DNA of 64,000 nt from Eledone cirrhosa (Eukaryota), in assembly GCA_964016885.1 (NCBI GenBank), contig OZ024740.1, forward strand, positions 231,136,001 through 231,200,000. Reading direction: 5' to 3'. Positions 37,032 through 50,782 of the stretch are shown in pieces. The position numbers and the translations under genes are program-made. Position 1 is the first letter of the stretch, and each line of letters begins with the position of its first letter. The notes under the pieces were generated by a model, which saw nothing but the letters and a program-made list of their open reading frames with translations, was not told where the DNA came from and did not search any database.

Positions 37032-38736
37032 TATGTTTATATGTATATGTTTATATATATATATGTATATGTTTATGTATATGTTTATATATATATATGT
37101 ATATGTTTATATATATATGTATATATATTTCACTTCATTTTTTCCATTTATATATGTATATATATATATATATATATGTATATGTTTATATTTATATATA
37201 TATGTATATGTTTATATATATATATATATATGTATATGTTTTTATATATATATATATATGTGTAAATATATATATGTATGTTTTTATATATATATATATG
37301 TATATGTTTATATATGTATATGTTTATATATATATATATGTATATGTTTATATATATATATATGTATATGTTTATATATATATATATGTATGTTTATATA
37401 TATATATATGTATATGTTTATATATATATATATGTATGTTTATATATGTATATGTTTATATATGTATATGTTTATATATATATGTATATGTTTATATATA
37501 TATATATGTATATGTTTATATATGCATATGTTTCTATATATATATATATGTATATGTTTATATATATATATATATGTATATGTTTCTATATATATGTATA
37601 TGTTTATATGTATATGTTTATATATATATGTATATGTTTATATGTATATATGTTTATATGTATATATGTTTATATATGTATATGTTTATATATGTATATG
37701 TTTATATATGTATATGTTTGTATATGTTTATATATGTATATGTTTATATATGTATATGTTTATATATGTATATGTTTATATGTATATGTTTATACGTATA
37801 TGTTTATATATGTATATGTTTATATAGATATATATGTTTATATGTATATGTTTATATGTTTATATATATATATGTATATGTTTATATATATGCATATGTT
37901 TATATATATATGCATATGTTTATATATATATATGTATATGTTTATATGTATATGTTTATATGTTTATATGTATATGTTTATATATATATGTATATATTTA
38001 TTTATATATATATGTATATATTTATATATATATGTATATATTTATATATATATGTATATGTTGATATATATGTATATGTTGATATATATGTATATGTTGA
38101 TATATATGTATATGTTGATATATATGTATATGTTGATATATATGTATATGTTGATATATATGTATATGTTGATATATATGTATATGTTGATATGTATATG
38201 TTGATATATATGTATATGTTTATATATATATGTATATGTTTATATATATATGTATATGTTTATATATATATGTATACATTTATATATATATATATATGTA
38301 TATGTTTATATGTATATGTTTATATATATGTATATGTTTATATATATGTATATGTTTATATATATATGTATATGTTTATATATATATGTATATGTTTATG
38401 TATATGTTTATATATATATGTATGTTTATATATATGTATCTGTTTATATATATGTATCTGTTTATATCTATGTATATGTTTATATATATATGTATATGTT
38501 TATATATATATATTTGTATACGTTTATATATATGTATATGTTCAATATATATATGTATATGTTTATATATATGTATATATATTTCACTTCATTTTTTCCA
38601 TTTATATATATATATGTATATAAATATATATATATATATATATATGTATATGTTTATATATGTATGTTTATATATATATATATATGTATATGTTTTTATA
38701 TATATATATATATGTATATCTTTATATATGTATATG

Positions 38737-38772
<36 letters not shown>

Positions 38773-38791
38773 AATATATATGTATATGTTT

Positions 38792-38822
<31 letters not shown>

Positions 38823-38896
38823 TATATATATGTATATGTTTATATATATGTATATGTTTATATGTATATGTTTATATATATATGTATATGTTTATA

Positions 38897-38946
<50 letters not shown>

Positions 38947-40329
38947 TATGTTTTTAGATATATATGTATATGTTTATATATATATGTATATGTTTATAAA
39001 TGTATATATGTATATGTTTATATATGTATATGTTTATATATGTATGTTTATATATATATATGTATATTTTTATATATATATAGGTGTATATGTTTATATA
39101 TATATATATATATATATGTTTATGTATATGTTTATATATATATATGTTTATATATATGTATATGTTTATATATATGTTTATATATATGTATATGTTTATA
39201 TATGTATATGTTTATATATATATGTACATGTTTATATATATGTACATGTTTATATATATGTATATGTTTATATATATATATATGTGTATGTTTATATATA
39301 TATGTATATGTTTATATATATATATATATATATATGTATATGTTTATATATATATATATGTTTATATATATGTTTATATATATATGTATATGTTTATTTA
39401 TATATGTATATGTTTATATATGTATATGTTTATACATATATATATATGTATATGTTTATACATATATATATATATATGTTTATACATATATATATATGTG
39501 TATGTTTATATATATATGTATATGTTTATCCATATATATATATATATGTTTATACATATATATATATGTGTATGTTTATATGTATATGTTTATATATATA
39601 TGTATATGTTTATATATATATGTATATGTTTATATGTATGTTTATATATATATGTATATGTTTATATATATATGTATATGTTTATATATATGTATATGTT
39701 TATATATATATATATGTTTATATATATATGTATATGTTTATATATATATGTATATGTTTATATGTATGTTTTTTTTTTTTTTTTTTTTTATGTTTATATA
39801 TATGTATATGTTTATATATATATATATGTTTATATATATATGTATATGTTTATATATATATGTATATGTTTATATATATATGTATATGTTTATATATATA
39901 TGTATATGTTTATATATATATGTATATATATATGTATATGTTTATATATATATATATGTTTATATATATATATATGTTTATATATATGTATGTTTATATA
40001 TGTATATGTAAACAGTCATTATTATTATTAATATTATTATTATTATTCTCTACATTCCTTACATCAAACTAAAATATGTTGACAATCTTTTAATAATGTC
40101 TTCCTTGTGAAGTTAGTGGCCTTGTTTTGCTTAACTAATGAATATATATATATGTATATTTTATATATGTTATATATATATATATGTATATCTTCATATA
40201 TGTATATGTTTATATATGTATATTTTATATATGATATATATATATATATGTATATGTTTGTATATGTTTATATATATATATATATGTATATGTTTATATA
40301 TGTATATGTTTATATATATATATATATAG

Positions 40330-40435
40330 TAATAATAATAAATTTGAAGACTGACTTTGTTAGTTTCAGAAGATCCCGTTAAGGGTGAAAGCAGCGATTC
40401 TTTGCTTAAACTTTAATCTGTTATTTTAATAAATA
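40330..40435 (+). ncRNA. Variant hammerhead (CAGAAGA core), third copy, fused to an inverted tail
   Basis: AGTTT-CAGAAGA-TCCCGTTAAGGGT-GAAA-GCA..TGC-TT-AAACT; 40330-40352 is the reverse complement of 30288-30310. Confidence 0.6.
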
Positions 40436-40537
40436 CATATATATATATATGTATGTTTATATATATATGTGTATGTTTATATGTATATGTTTATATATAT
40501 ATATATGCATATGTTTATATATTTCATTTCATTTTTT

Positions 40538-40574
<37 letters not shown>

Positions 40575-40577
<3 letters not shown>

Positions 40578-41108
40578 TCATCATCATCATCATCATCACC
40601 ACCTTCGTTTAACGTCCATTTTCACGCTAGCATGGGTTAGACGGGAGTTGTCCCACTTGAGACAACGTTGGTCGGGTGACCATGTCTCGCCCATATAGGA
40701 CTATCTGGCAGGTTTTCTACGGCTGGATGCCCTTCCTAATACCAACCACATTTACAGTGTGGAACTGGGAACCTTTTACAGTATGGAACTGGGAACTTTT
40801 TACCATGTTACCTACATTGGCCACATTACAGCGTGGACTGTCTGTTTTTTCTCGTGACAGCTACACGATCTCGATCTAATTATCTCATTTATTTGGACTG
40901 GATGTTGTGGTACCAACTTTACAGAGAGAGGGTGGTGTTGGTGGGAGTGGGAGGATAGGGTAGGGGTAGTGGATTGGGGTGTATATTTGGTTAAGAGGTG
41001 CCTACTGACTATAGGTTTGGCTTTGTACATGGGCAAGGCGGGTCTTCTGTATTACTGCATAGTGCCAAAGATCTCGGTCCAGTGACATTGTCTTAGAGAG
41101 GTGCAAGT
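40575..41108 (-). mobile_element. RTE family B-related 3' fragment; a short plus-strand tail of the same type lies at 41219-41274
   Basis: (CAT)n tail, module and ORF end on the minus strand. Confidence 0.9.
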
Positions 41109-41422
41109 GATATATATATATATATGTATATGTATATGTTTATATATACATATGTATATGTTTATATATACATATGTATATGTTTATATATACATATGTA
41201 TATGTTTATGTATATATAACCCATGCTAGCATGGAAAATGGACGTTAAACGAAGATGATGATGATGATGATGATATATGTATATGTTTATATATACATAT
41301 GTATATGTTTATCTATATATATATATATATATGTTTATGTATATATATATATATATGTATATGTTTATATATACATATGTATATGTTTATGTATATATAT
41401 ATATACATATGTATATGTTTAT

Positions 41423-41454
<32 letters not shown>

Positions 41455-41579
41455 GTTTATATATACATATGTATATGTTTATGTATATATATATATATAT
41501 ATATGTATATGTTTATATATATATATGTATATGTTTATATATATATATGTATATGTTTATATATACATATGTATATGTT

Positions 41580-41616
<37 letters not shown>

Positions 41617-42138
41617 GTTTATATATACATATATATATGTATATGTTTATATATACATATGTATATGTATATGTTTATATATACATATGTATATGTTTAT
41701 ATATACATATATATATGTATATGTTAATATATATATATATATATATAAAAACATATACATATATATATACATATACATATATGTATATATAAACATATAT
41801 ATATATATATTATATGTATATGTTTATATATACATATATGTATATGTTTATATATACATATATGTATATGTTTATATATACATATATGTATATGTTTATA
41901 TATATATGTTTATATATACATATATGTATATGTTTATATATATATGTTTATATATACATATAAGTAGATGTTTATATATGTAGATGTTTATATATATATA
42001 TGTTTATATATATATATGTTTATATATACATATATATATGTTTATATATACATATATATGTATATGTTTATATATGTATATGTTTATATATATATATATA
42101 TACATATATATATGTTTATATATACATATATATGTATT

Positions 42139-44370
42139 TCATCATCATCATCATCATCAACGTTTAACGTCCGTGTTCCACGCTTGCATGGGTTTGGACG
42201 GGAGTTTTCCCACTTGAGGCAAGAGTGATTATCTTGCTCGCATAGGACTATCTGGCGGGTTTTCTACAGCTGGATGCCCTTCCTAACACCAACCACATTT
42301 ACAGTGTGGGGCTGGGAGGTTTTTACCGTGTTGCCTACACGGCCACATTACAGCGTGGACTCTGTGTTTTTTGTCGTGACACCTACACGATCTCATTTGT
42401 TTCGGCCTGGATGTTGTGGCACCAACATAGCTTTACATTGAAAGGGGCGGTGTGGATGGGGTGGGGGTGGTGGGAGGGGGGCTGTATTTTGTTAGAGATG
42501 CCTACTGACTGTAGTAGGTTTTACTTTGTATTTAGGTAAGGCGGGTCTTCTCTATTACTGAGTACCACCAAAGGTCTCGGTCCAGTGACATTGTCTTGGT
42601 TAGGTGTAAGTGTGTGAGGTCGGAATTTATCAGCTCGTCCCAGGTCTTTCTGGGTCTGCCTATTCCACGGCTACCGTCTATCTTTATTGCCCTGCACTTT
42701 GTTATACAGCTATCGTCTTTCATGCGCATCACGTGACCATACCAACGTAGCCTTCTCTCGAGTAAACAACATCTGATCCCTCTTATTTCTAATTTTTTCC
42801 TTAGTTCGTTCATGCTTTGCCGTTCACGTATATTACTATTACACATCCAGCGGAGCATGCAAACTTCGTTTCTCTCTAGTCTGCGTATATCCTCTGCACA
42901 CAATGCCCAGGTCTCACTGCCAGGCAACATTGCTGTTCGTATGCAGGCATCATACAACCTGCGTTTCATTTTTAGGGAGAACCCTTTAGCAGCTAATAGT
43001 GGTATAAGCTCTTTGAACTTTTTCCATCCAGTTCTGACTCTAGCTACTGTACTTTCAGAGCACCCTCCCCCACTGCTGATTTTGTCACCCAGGTAACGGA
43101 AGCTGTCCACTATTTCTATAGAACCCTCTGCGCAGTTGAAAGAGCTAGTATTTTGTGGGCACTTGCTGCTACTTATTGCACCAGAGCACCGGCCACGTAA
43201 AATCTATGTTCTTAGTTAGCTTACCTGTGATCCCACTACATCTTTTATGCACCCATACTTTGCATTTGGGACACAAAATGGAGTTTCTACCTACGCCTTT
43301 CCTACACACTGAGCATGGCCACTTCCTGGAAGGGACCGCCGCCTTATTTTCTTTCTTACAAACTAGAACTTTAGTCTTAGCCAGGTTAATTTTAAGGCCT
43401 TTTGATTCTAGGCCGTGCTTCCATGTTTTGAATTTCTTCTCTAGCTCGGCCATTGATTCAACTATGAGTGTTAGATCATCTGCGTATAGGAATTCCCATG
43501 GGCAACCGGTCTTGAACTCCTCTGTTATAGCCTGAAGGGCAATAATAAATAATAGGGGGCTGAGAACAGAGCCCTGATGGACGCCAACTTTTACGCTAAA
43601 CTCTTCACTATATTCGTTGTTAATTCTAACCTTGCTGACTGTTTCTTTATACATGGCTTGTATAGCTCTCACAAGCCATTCGTCAACACCTAGTTTTCTA
43701 AGAGCCCACCAGATAATGGAACAGGGGACTCTGTCGAAGGCTTTCTCCAAGTCGACAAAAGCTAAGTATAGGGGTTTAATTTTAGCTAGGTACTTCTCCT
43801 GTAGTTGTCGTACAATGAAAAGAGCGTCTGTGGTACTTTTGCCTGACACAAACCCGAACTGCATTTCATCTAGACCACTTCTCTCTCTCATTAATTGCGC
43901 TATTACTCTTTCCGTGACCTTCATGATGTGGTCGATTAATTTAATGCCTCTATAGTTACTCCTATCTAGGGCATCTCCTTTACCCTTATAACAGTTAACG
44001 ATGATGCTGCTACGCCAGTCCTTCAGAACAACCCCATTCTGTACGACTTGGTTAACTATCCGGGTGACCATGGTGTGTCCCACCGTACCAGATGCCTTCA
44101 GCATCTCGGCAACTATTTCCGAAAACCCAGCCGCCTTACCCGTCTTCATATCTTTGATTGCCTTACTTATTGTACTACCCTCGACTAACACTGCTGGTCC
44201 CTCTATTGGGTCGATGTGGGGGAGACTGTCTTTCTCCCATTTATTCTCCTCATTTAGTAGCCTTTCATAGTGACACTTCCAAGCTACCTTCTTATCAGCG
44301 TCGGTGATGGCAAGTACGCCGTCATCATTAAGTACACACTTCTCCCCGACAATATCACAGTTTTCCTTGT
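42139..44370 (-). mobile_element. RTE family B 5'-truncated copy 5 (full RT domain, frameshifted)
   Basis: ORFs 43169-44191 and 42532-43110 with NYRGIKL, QFGF, DLEKAFD, GVHQGSVLSP, YADD. Confidence 0.96.
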
Positions 44371-44931
44371 TTATATATATGTTTATATATATATATATAT
44401 GTATATATATGTATATGTTTATATATATATATATATATGTTTATATATACATATATATGTTTATATATACATATATATATGTTTATATATACATATATAT
44501 GTTTATATATACATATATATGTATATGTTTATATATATATATGTTTATATATATGTATATGTTTATATATATGTATATGTTTATATATATATATATGTAT
44601 ATGTTTATGTATATGTTTATGTATATGTATATGTTTATATATATGTGTATATGTTTATATATTTATATGTGTATATGTTTATATATTTATATATGTATAT
44701 GTTTATATATTTATATATGTATATGTTTATATATTTATATATGTATATGTTTATATATTTATATATGTATATGTTTATATATTTATATATGTATATGTTT
44801 ATATATTTATATATGTATATGTTTATATATTTATATATGTATATGTTTATATATTTATATATGTATATGTTTATATATTTATATATGTATATGTTTATAT
44901 ATTTATATATGTATATGTTTATGTATATGTT

Positions 44932-44962
<31 letters not shown>

Positions 44963-45099
44963 GTATATGTTTATATATTTATATATGTATATGTTTATAT
45001 GTATATATGTATATGTTTATATATTTATATATGTATATGTGTATATATATATGTATATGTTTATATATATATATATGTATATGTTTATATATATATATA

Positions 45100-45224
45100 T
45101 CATCATCATCATCATCATCATCACCGTTTTACGTCCGTTCTTCCACGCTAGCATGGGTTAGACGGGTTGTCCTGTTGTGGGCAGTGTCTGGTCGGCTGAC
45201 CATGCCTTGCTCATACAGGAACTG
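45100..45224 (-). mobile_element. RTE family C 3'-terminal fragment
   Basis: Reverse complement matches 63435-63544. Confidence 0.88.
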
Positions 45225-45580
45225 ATATGTATATGTATATATATATATATATGTATATGTTTATATATATATATATGTATATGTTTATATATATATATAT
45301 GTATATGTTTATATATGTATATGTTTATATATTTATATATGTATATGTTTATATATGTATATGTTTATATATTTATATATGTATATGTTTATATATGTAT
45401 ATGTTTATATATTTATATATGTATATGTTTATATATTTATATATGTATATGTTTATATATACATATATATATATGTTTATATATACATATATATATATGT
45501 TTATATATACATATATATATATGTTTATATATACATATATATATATGTTTATATATACATATATATATATATATGTTTAT

Positions 45581-45927
45581 GGAGGCACATGGCTTAGTGG
45601 TTAGAGCATTGGCCTTGCAATCAAAAGGTTGTGAGTTCAATTCTCAAACCGGGTGATGTGTTGTTTCCTTGAGCAAGACACTTTATTTCACATTGCTCCA
45701 GTTTACTCAGCTGTAGAAATGAGATGATAGGGACTGAGGTCCCTATCATTCCACTGCAAAGTGGTCGTGGAGGTGCCACGGCAAAAAAGCACCCAGCACT
45801 CACTGAAAATGAGGTTGGTGTTAGGAAGGGCATCCAGCTGTAGAAATCAAGCCAGAATCAGTTCCCGTCCAACCCTTGCAAGCAGGGAAAAAGCGGACGT
45901 AAAATGAAATGATGATGAAATGATGAT
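45581..45927 (+). mobile_element. Full-length S2 CORE-like SINE inserted in the microsatellite
   Basis: Near-identical to 13505-13854. Confidence 0.92.
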
Positions 45928-45942
45928 ACATATATATATGTT

Positions 45943-45978
<36 letters not shown>

Positions 45979-46114
45979 TTTATATATTTATAAGTTTATA
46001 TATATATATGTTTATATATGTATATGTTTATATATATTTATATATATATATGTTTATATATATTTATATATATATATGAAAATAAACCAAAGAAGCCTTC
46101 AATACATCAAAAGT

Positions 46115-46168
46115 CTTTATTAGCCAACAATGTTTCGTCCTATTAAGGACTCATCAGGGCAATTAAAG
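46115..46168 (-). ncRNA. Canonical type I hammerhead ribozyme within an AT-rich Penelope-like fragment (about 46077-46730)
   Basis: Minus strand: CTTTAATTGCC-CTGATGA-GTCCT-TAAT-AGGAC-GAAA-CATTG-TT-GGCTAATAAAG. Intact core, 5-bp stem II, GUU cleavage triplet. Confidence 0.85.
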
Positions 46169-46827
46169 CTATATGAAGCACTATCAGCCAATACAAGCCG
46201 AAAACTCAAAAGAATATGGAGTGTACATAGATTAAATCAAAGGAAAATAATTGGGTAAAAATTATTAAGTAAAAAATTATCAAGTAAAAAATTATCAAGT
46301 AAAAAATTATCAAGTGAAAATTGCTAAGGAAATAAGTAACATTTTGAACCATATTACAAATATAGTCCAATTTAAAAACTAGAGCTAAAACAGAGGTGGT
46401 GATATAGAGCGGGAATTATTGTACTATATATAATATAATATAATACAATATAATATAATATAATTAATAATGATAATAATAATAATGTTAAAAGGCCCAA
46501 TATACATATATATATATATATGTACATATGTACACTTATATACATATATATCAATACACATTTCCATCAGTAGAAGCACAAACTAACCCTTATTAAGAGT
46601 TTAAATAAGAATAATAATAATAAAAATAAAAATAAAAATACAAATGAAAAATACAAATGAAAATAAAATTAAAATATAATACATATAATATTTACAGAAT
46701 AAAATGAAAAATAAATGATTAAAAGATATATATAGATATATGTATATGTTTATATATGTATATGTTTATATGTATATGTATGTGTTTATATATATATGTA
46801 TATGTATATGTTTATATATATATATAC

Positions 46828-46859
<32 letters not shown>

Positions 46860-47004
46860 GTATATGTATATGTTTATATATATATATATATATACGTATA
46901 TCTGTTTATATATATATATATATATATATCTGTTTATATATATATATATATATAAGTATGTATGTATACGTACATACATATATGTATACAGACGTACAGT
47001 AGCA

Positions 47005-47071
<67 letters not shown>

Positions 47072-47074
<3 letters not shown>

Positions 47075-47669
47075 GTAGATAAATCTACCAAGAGTTTACA
47101 GTAGTGTCCAATCCGTATGAAGAACTCAATGTATTCCGGATATCATGGAAAGAAGAGATGTAATGAAAAATCACTTTCGGTGAAAGATAAACGGTATACA
47201 GAGTCAAGATAAAATATTAAACAAATAATGAATAAAACAATGAAACAGTTCCTTATATTAAACAAAAAAAGTTCATTATTTAACGATCGTTTCTAGGATA
47301 TATATGTGTTAGAATTGGCATGCATATTCAACAGATCTATGTACAAAATTATACAAAATTATACAAACTATCAAGATTAAATATACATACCAACACATAT
47401 ATACGCCGTCTTCAGAAATAATGAAATATATTTATTGATAATAACAACAATTCAAAATTTCAGGTCCGTTTGGGAACAAAATTGACCAATGAAAATACAA
47501 AAGGTTTTATGCAATTCGGTGTGTGTATATACATGTAACTACCCCTTACACATATTTATACAAAAATGTATGCTCTAACACATATATATCCTAGAAACGA
47601 TCGTTAAATAATGAACTTTTTTTGTTTAATATAAGGAACTGTTTCATTGTTTTATTCATTATTTGTTTA

Positions 47670-47678
<9 letters not shown>
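47072..47678 (-). mobile_element. Penelope-like fragment with perfect 105-bp inverted repeat, nested in the TA tract of the preceding element
   Basis: 47209-47313 is the exact reverse complement of 47574-47678; (TA)n on both flanks. Confidence 0.78.
47274..47423 (-). ncRNA. Type I hammerhead with very long (about 115-nt) stem-loop II
   Basis: Minus strand: CATTATTT-CTGAAGA-[14-bp helix TATATATGTGTTGG/CTAACACATATATA + loop]-GAAA-CGATCG-TT-AAATAATG. Perfect 8-bp stem I, palindromic stem III. Confidence 0.75.
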
Positions 47679-47713
<35 letters not shown>

Positions 47714-47880
47714 CATATACATATATACATACAGGTACACATACATATATGCACGCATCAGTTTAGCGGACGCTTATTATAACGCCGCTTTGTTCGTTTG
47801 TAAACAAACTGAACAGCCTGAATTTATGCCATACGGTGTTAAGGCAACCACGTCACCTTTTTGTTCAACACTGACACAGG

Positions 47881-47925
47881 AACGATGTACTAGTTTCAAG
47901 CTTGTTAGCTATCATCAGCACCGTT
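47881..47925 (-). ncRNA. Minimal type I hammerhead ribozyme (copy 1)
   Basis: AACGGTG-CTGATGA-T-AGCT-AACA-AGCT-T-GAAA-CTAG-TA-CATCGTT; 7-bp stem I, palindromic ACTAGT stem III, GUA triplet. Confidence 0.87.
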
Positions 47926-48161
47926 TACCCATCTGCCAGATAGTTGAACGTTCGAAAGTATATACTTTCCTTATGAAAATTAACGGCTGAGCAGCCTAAT
48001 TTGCATATTGAGTGAGTTAAATCGGTCAGGCATACCGAAAACGATAAGTTGAAAAGAAAATGAAAACGAAATTTCATTTCTCACTCTTAGTATGGCACTT
48101 ACTTAAATGTAAGTATGTATGTATACGTACATACATATATGTATACAGACGTACAGTAGCA

Positions 48162-48235
<74 letters not shown>

Positions 48236-48402
48236 CATATACATATATACATACAGGTACACATACATATATGCACGCATCAGTTTAGCGGACGCTTATT
48301 ATAACGCCGCTTTGTTCGTTTGTAAACAAACTGAACAGCCTGGATTTATGCCATACGGTGTTAAGGCAACCACGTCACCTTTTTGTTCAACACTGACACA
48401 GG

Positions 48403-48447
48403 AACGATGTACTAGTTTCAAGCTTGTTAGCTATCATCAGCACCGTT
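48403..48447 (-). ncRNA. Minimal type I hammerhead ribozyme (copy 2)
   Basis: Identical to 47881-47925. Confidence 0.87.
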
Positions 48448-48558
48448 TACCGAGGCTTTTCAGTTTGCTTACAAACGAACAAAGCGGCGTTATAATAAGC
48501 GTCCGCTAAACTGATGCGTGCATATATGTATGTGTACCTGTATGTATATATGTATATG

Positions 48559-48598
<40 letters not shown>

Positions 48599-48711
48599 TG
48601 CTACTGTACGTCTGTATACATATATGTATGTACGTATACATACATACTTACATTTAAGTAAGTGCCATACTAAGAGTGAGAAATGAAATTTCGTTTTCAT
48701 TTTCTTTTCAA

Positions 48712-48752
<41 letters not shown>

Positions 48753-49164
48753 CTGTTTATATATATATATATATATGTATCTGTTTATATATATATATAT
48801 ATATATATGTATCTGTTTATATATATATATATGAATATGTATGTATATGTATATATATATACATATGTATATGTTTATATGTATATGTTTATATATATAT
48901 GTATATGTTTATAAATGTATATGTTTATATATATGTATATGTATGTATATATATATATATATATACATATGTATATGTTTATATATATATGTATATGTTT
49001 ATAAATGTATATGTTTATATATATGTACATGTTTATATATATATATATGTATATGTTTATAAATGTATATGTTTATATGTATGTATATATATATATATAT
49101 ATATACATATGTATATGTTTATATGTATATGTTTATAAATGTATATGTTTATGTATATGTACAT

Positions 49165-49202
<38 letters not shown>

Positions 49203-49562
49203 GTATATGTTTATATATATATGTATATGTTTATAAATGTATATGTTTATATATATGTACATGTTTATATATATATATATATATGTATATGCTTATATAT
49301 ATATATGTACATGTTTATATATGTATATAATATATATATATATGTATATGTTTATATATATGTATATGTTTATATATATGTATATGTTTATGTATATGTT
49401 TATATATGTATATGTTTATATATATATATATGTTTATATATATGTATATGTTTATATATATGTTTATATATATGTATATGTTTATATATATCTATGTTTA
49501 TATATATATGTATATATATATATAAATGTATATGTTTATATAAATGTATGTTTATATATATG

Positions 49563-49599
<37 letters not shown>

Positions 49600-49782
49600 G
49601 TATATGTTTATATATATGTATATATGTATATGTTTATATATATGTATATATATATATATGTATATGTTTATATATATGTATATATATATATGTATATGTT
49701 TATATATATGTATATATATATATATATGTATATGTTTATATATATGTATATATATATATATATATGTATGTTTATATATATT

Positions 49783-49814
<32 letters not shown>

Positions 49815-49819
49815 TGTAA

Positions 49820-49970
<151 letters not shown>

Positions 49971-49994
49971 TGTATATGTATATATATGTATATA

Positions 49995-50127
<133 letters not shown>

Positions 50128-50166
50128 GTATATATATGTATATATATATGTATATATGTATATATG

Positions 50167-50201
<35 letters not shown>

Positions 50202-50280
50202 GTATATATATGTATATATATATGTATATATGTATATATATATGTATATATATATGTATATATATGTATATATATATGTA

Positions 50281-50353
<73 letters not shown>

Positions 50354-50726
50354 GCATATATATATATATGTAATATATATATATGTATATATATATATAT
50401 GTATATGTTTATATATATGTATATATATAGATATGTATATGTTTATATATATGTATATATATATGTATATATATATATGTATATGTTTATATATATGCAT
50501 ATGTTTTATATATATGCATATGTTTATATATATGTATATGTTTTATATATATGTATATGTTTATATATGTATATGTTTAAATATATATATGTTTATATAT
50601 ATATGTATATGTTGATATATATATATATCTATATGTTGATATATATATATATGTATATGTTGATATATATATGTATATGTTGATATATATATATGTATAT
50701 GTTGATATATATATATATGTATATTT

Positions 50727-50782
<56 letters not shown>

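Larger units (their letters stand above)
46953..48716 (-). mobile_element. Retrozyme-like / non-autonomous Penelope-type element: about 1.65 tandem 522-nt monomers plus an inverted 5' segment
   Basis: Direct repeat 46953-47929 (interrupted) vs 48110-48451; inverted repeat 48044-48341 vs 48453-48716; two identical hammerheads 522 bp apart; no recognisable coding sequence. Confidence 0.75.
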
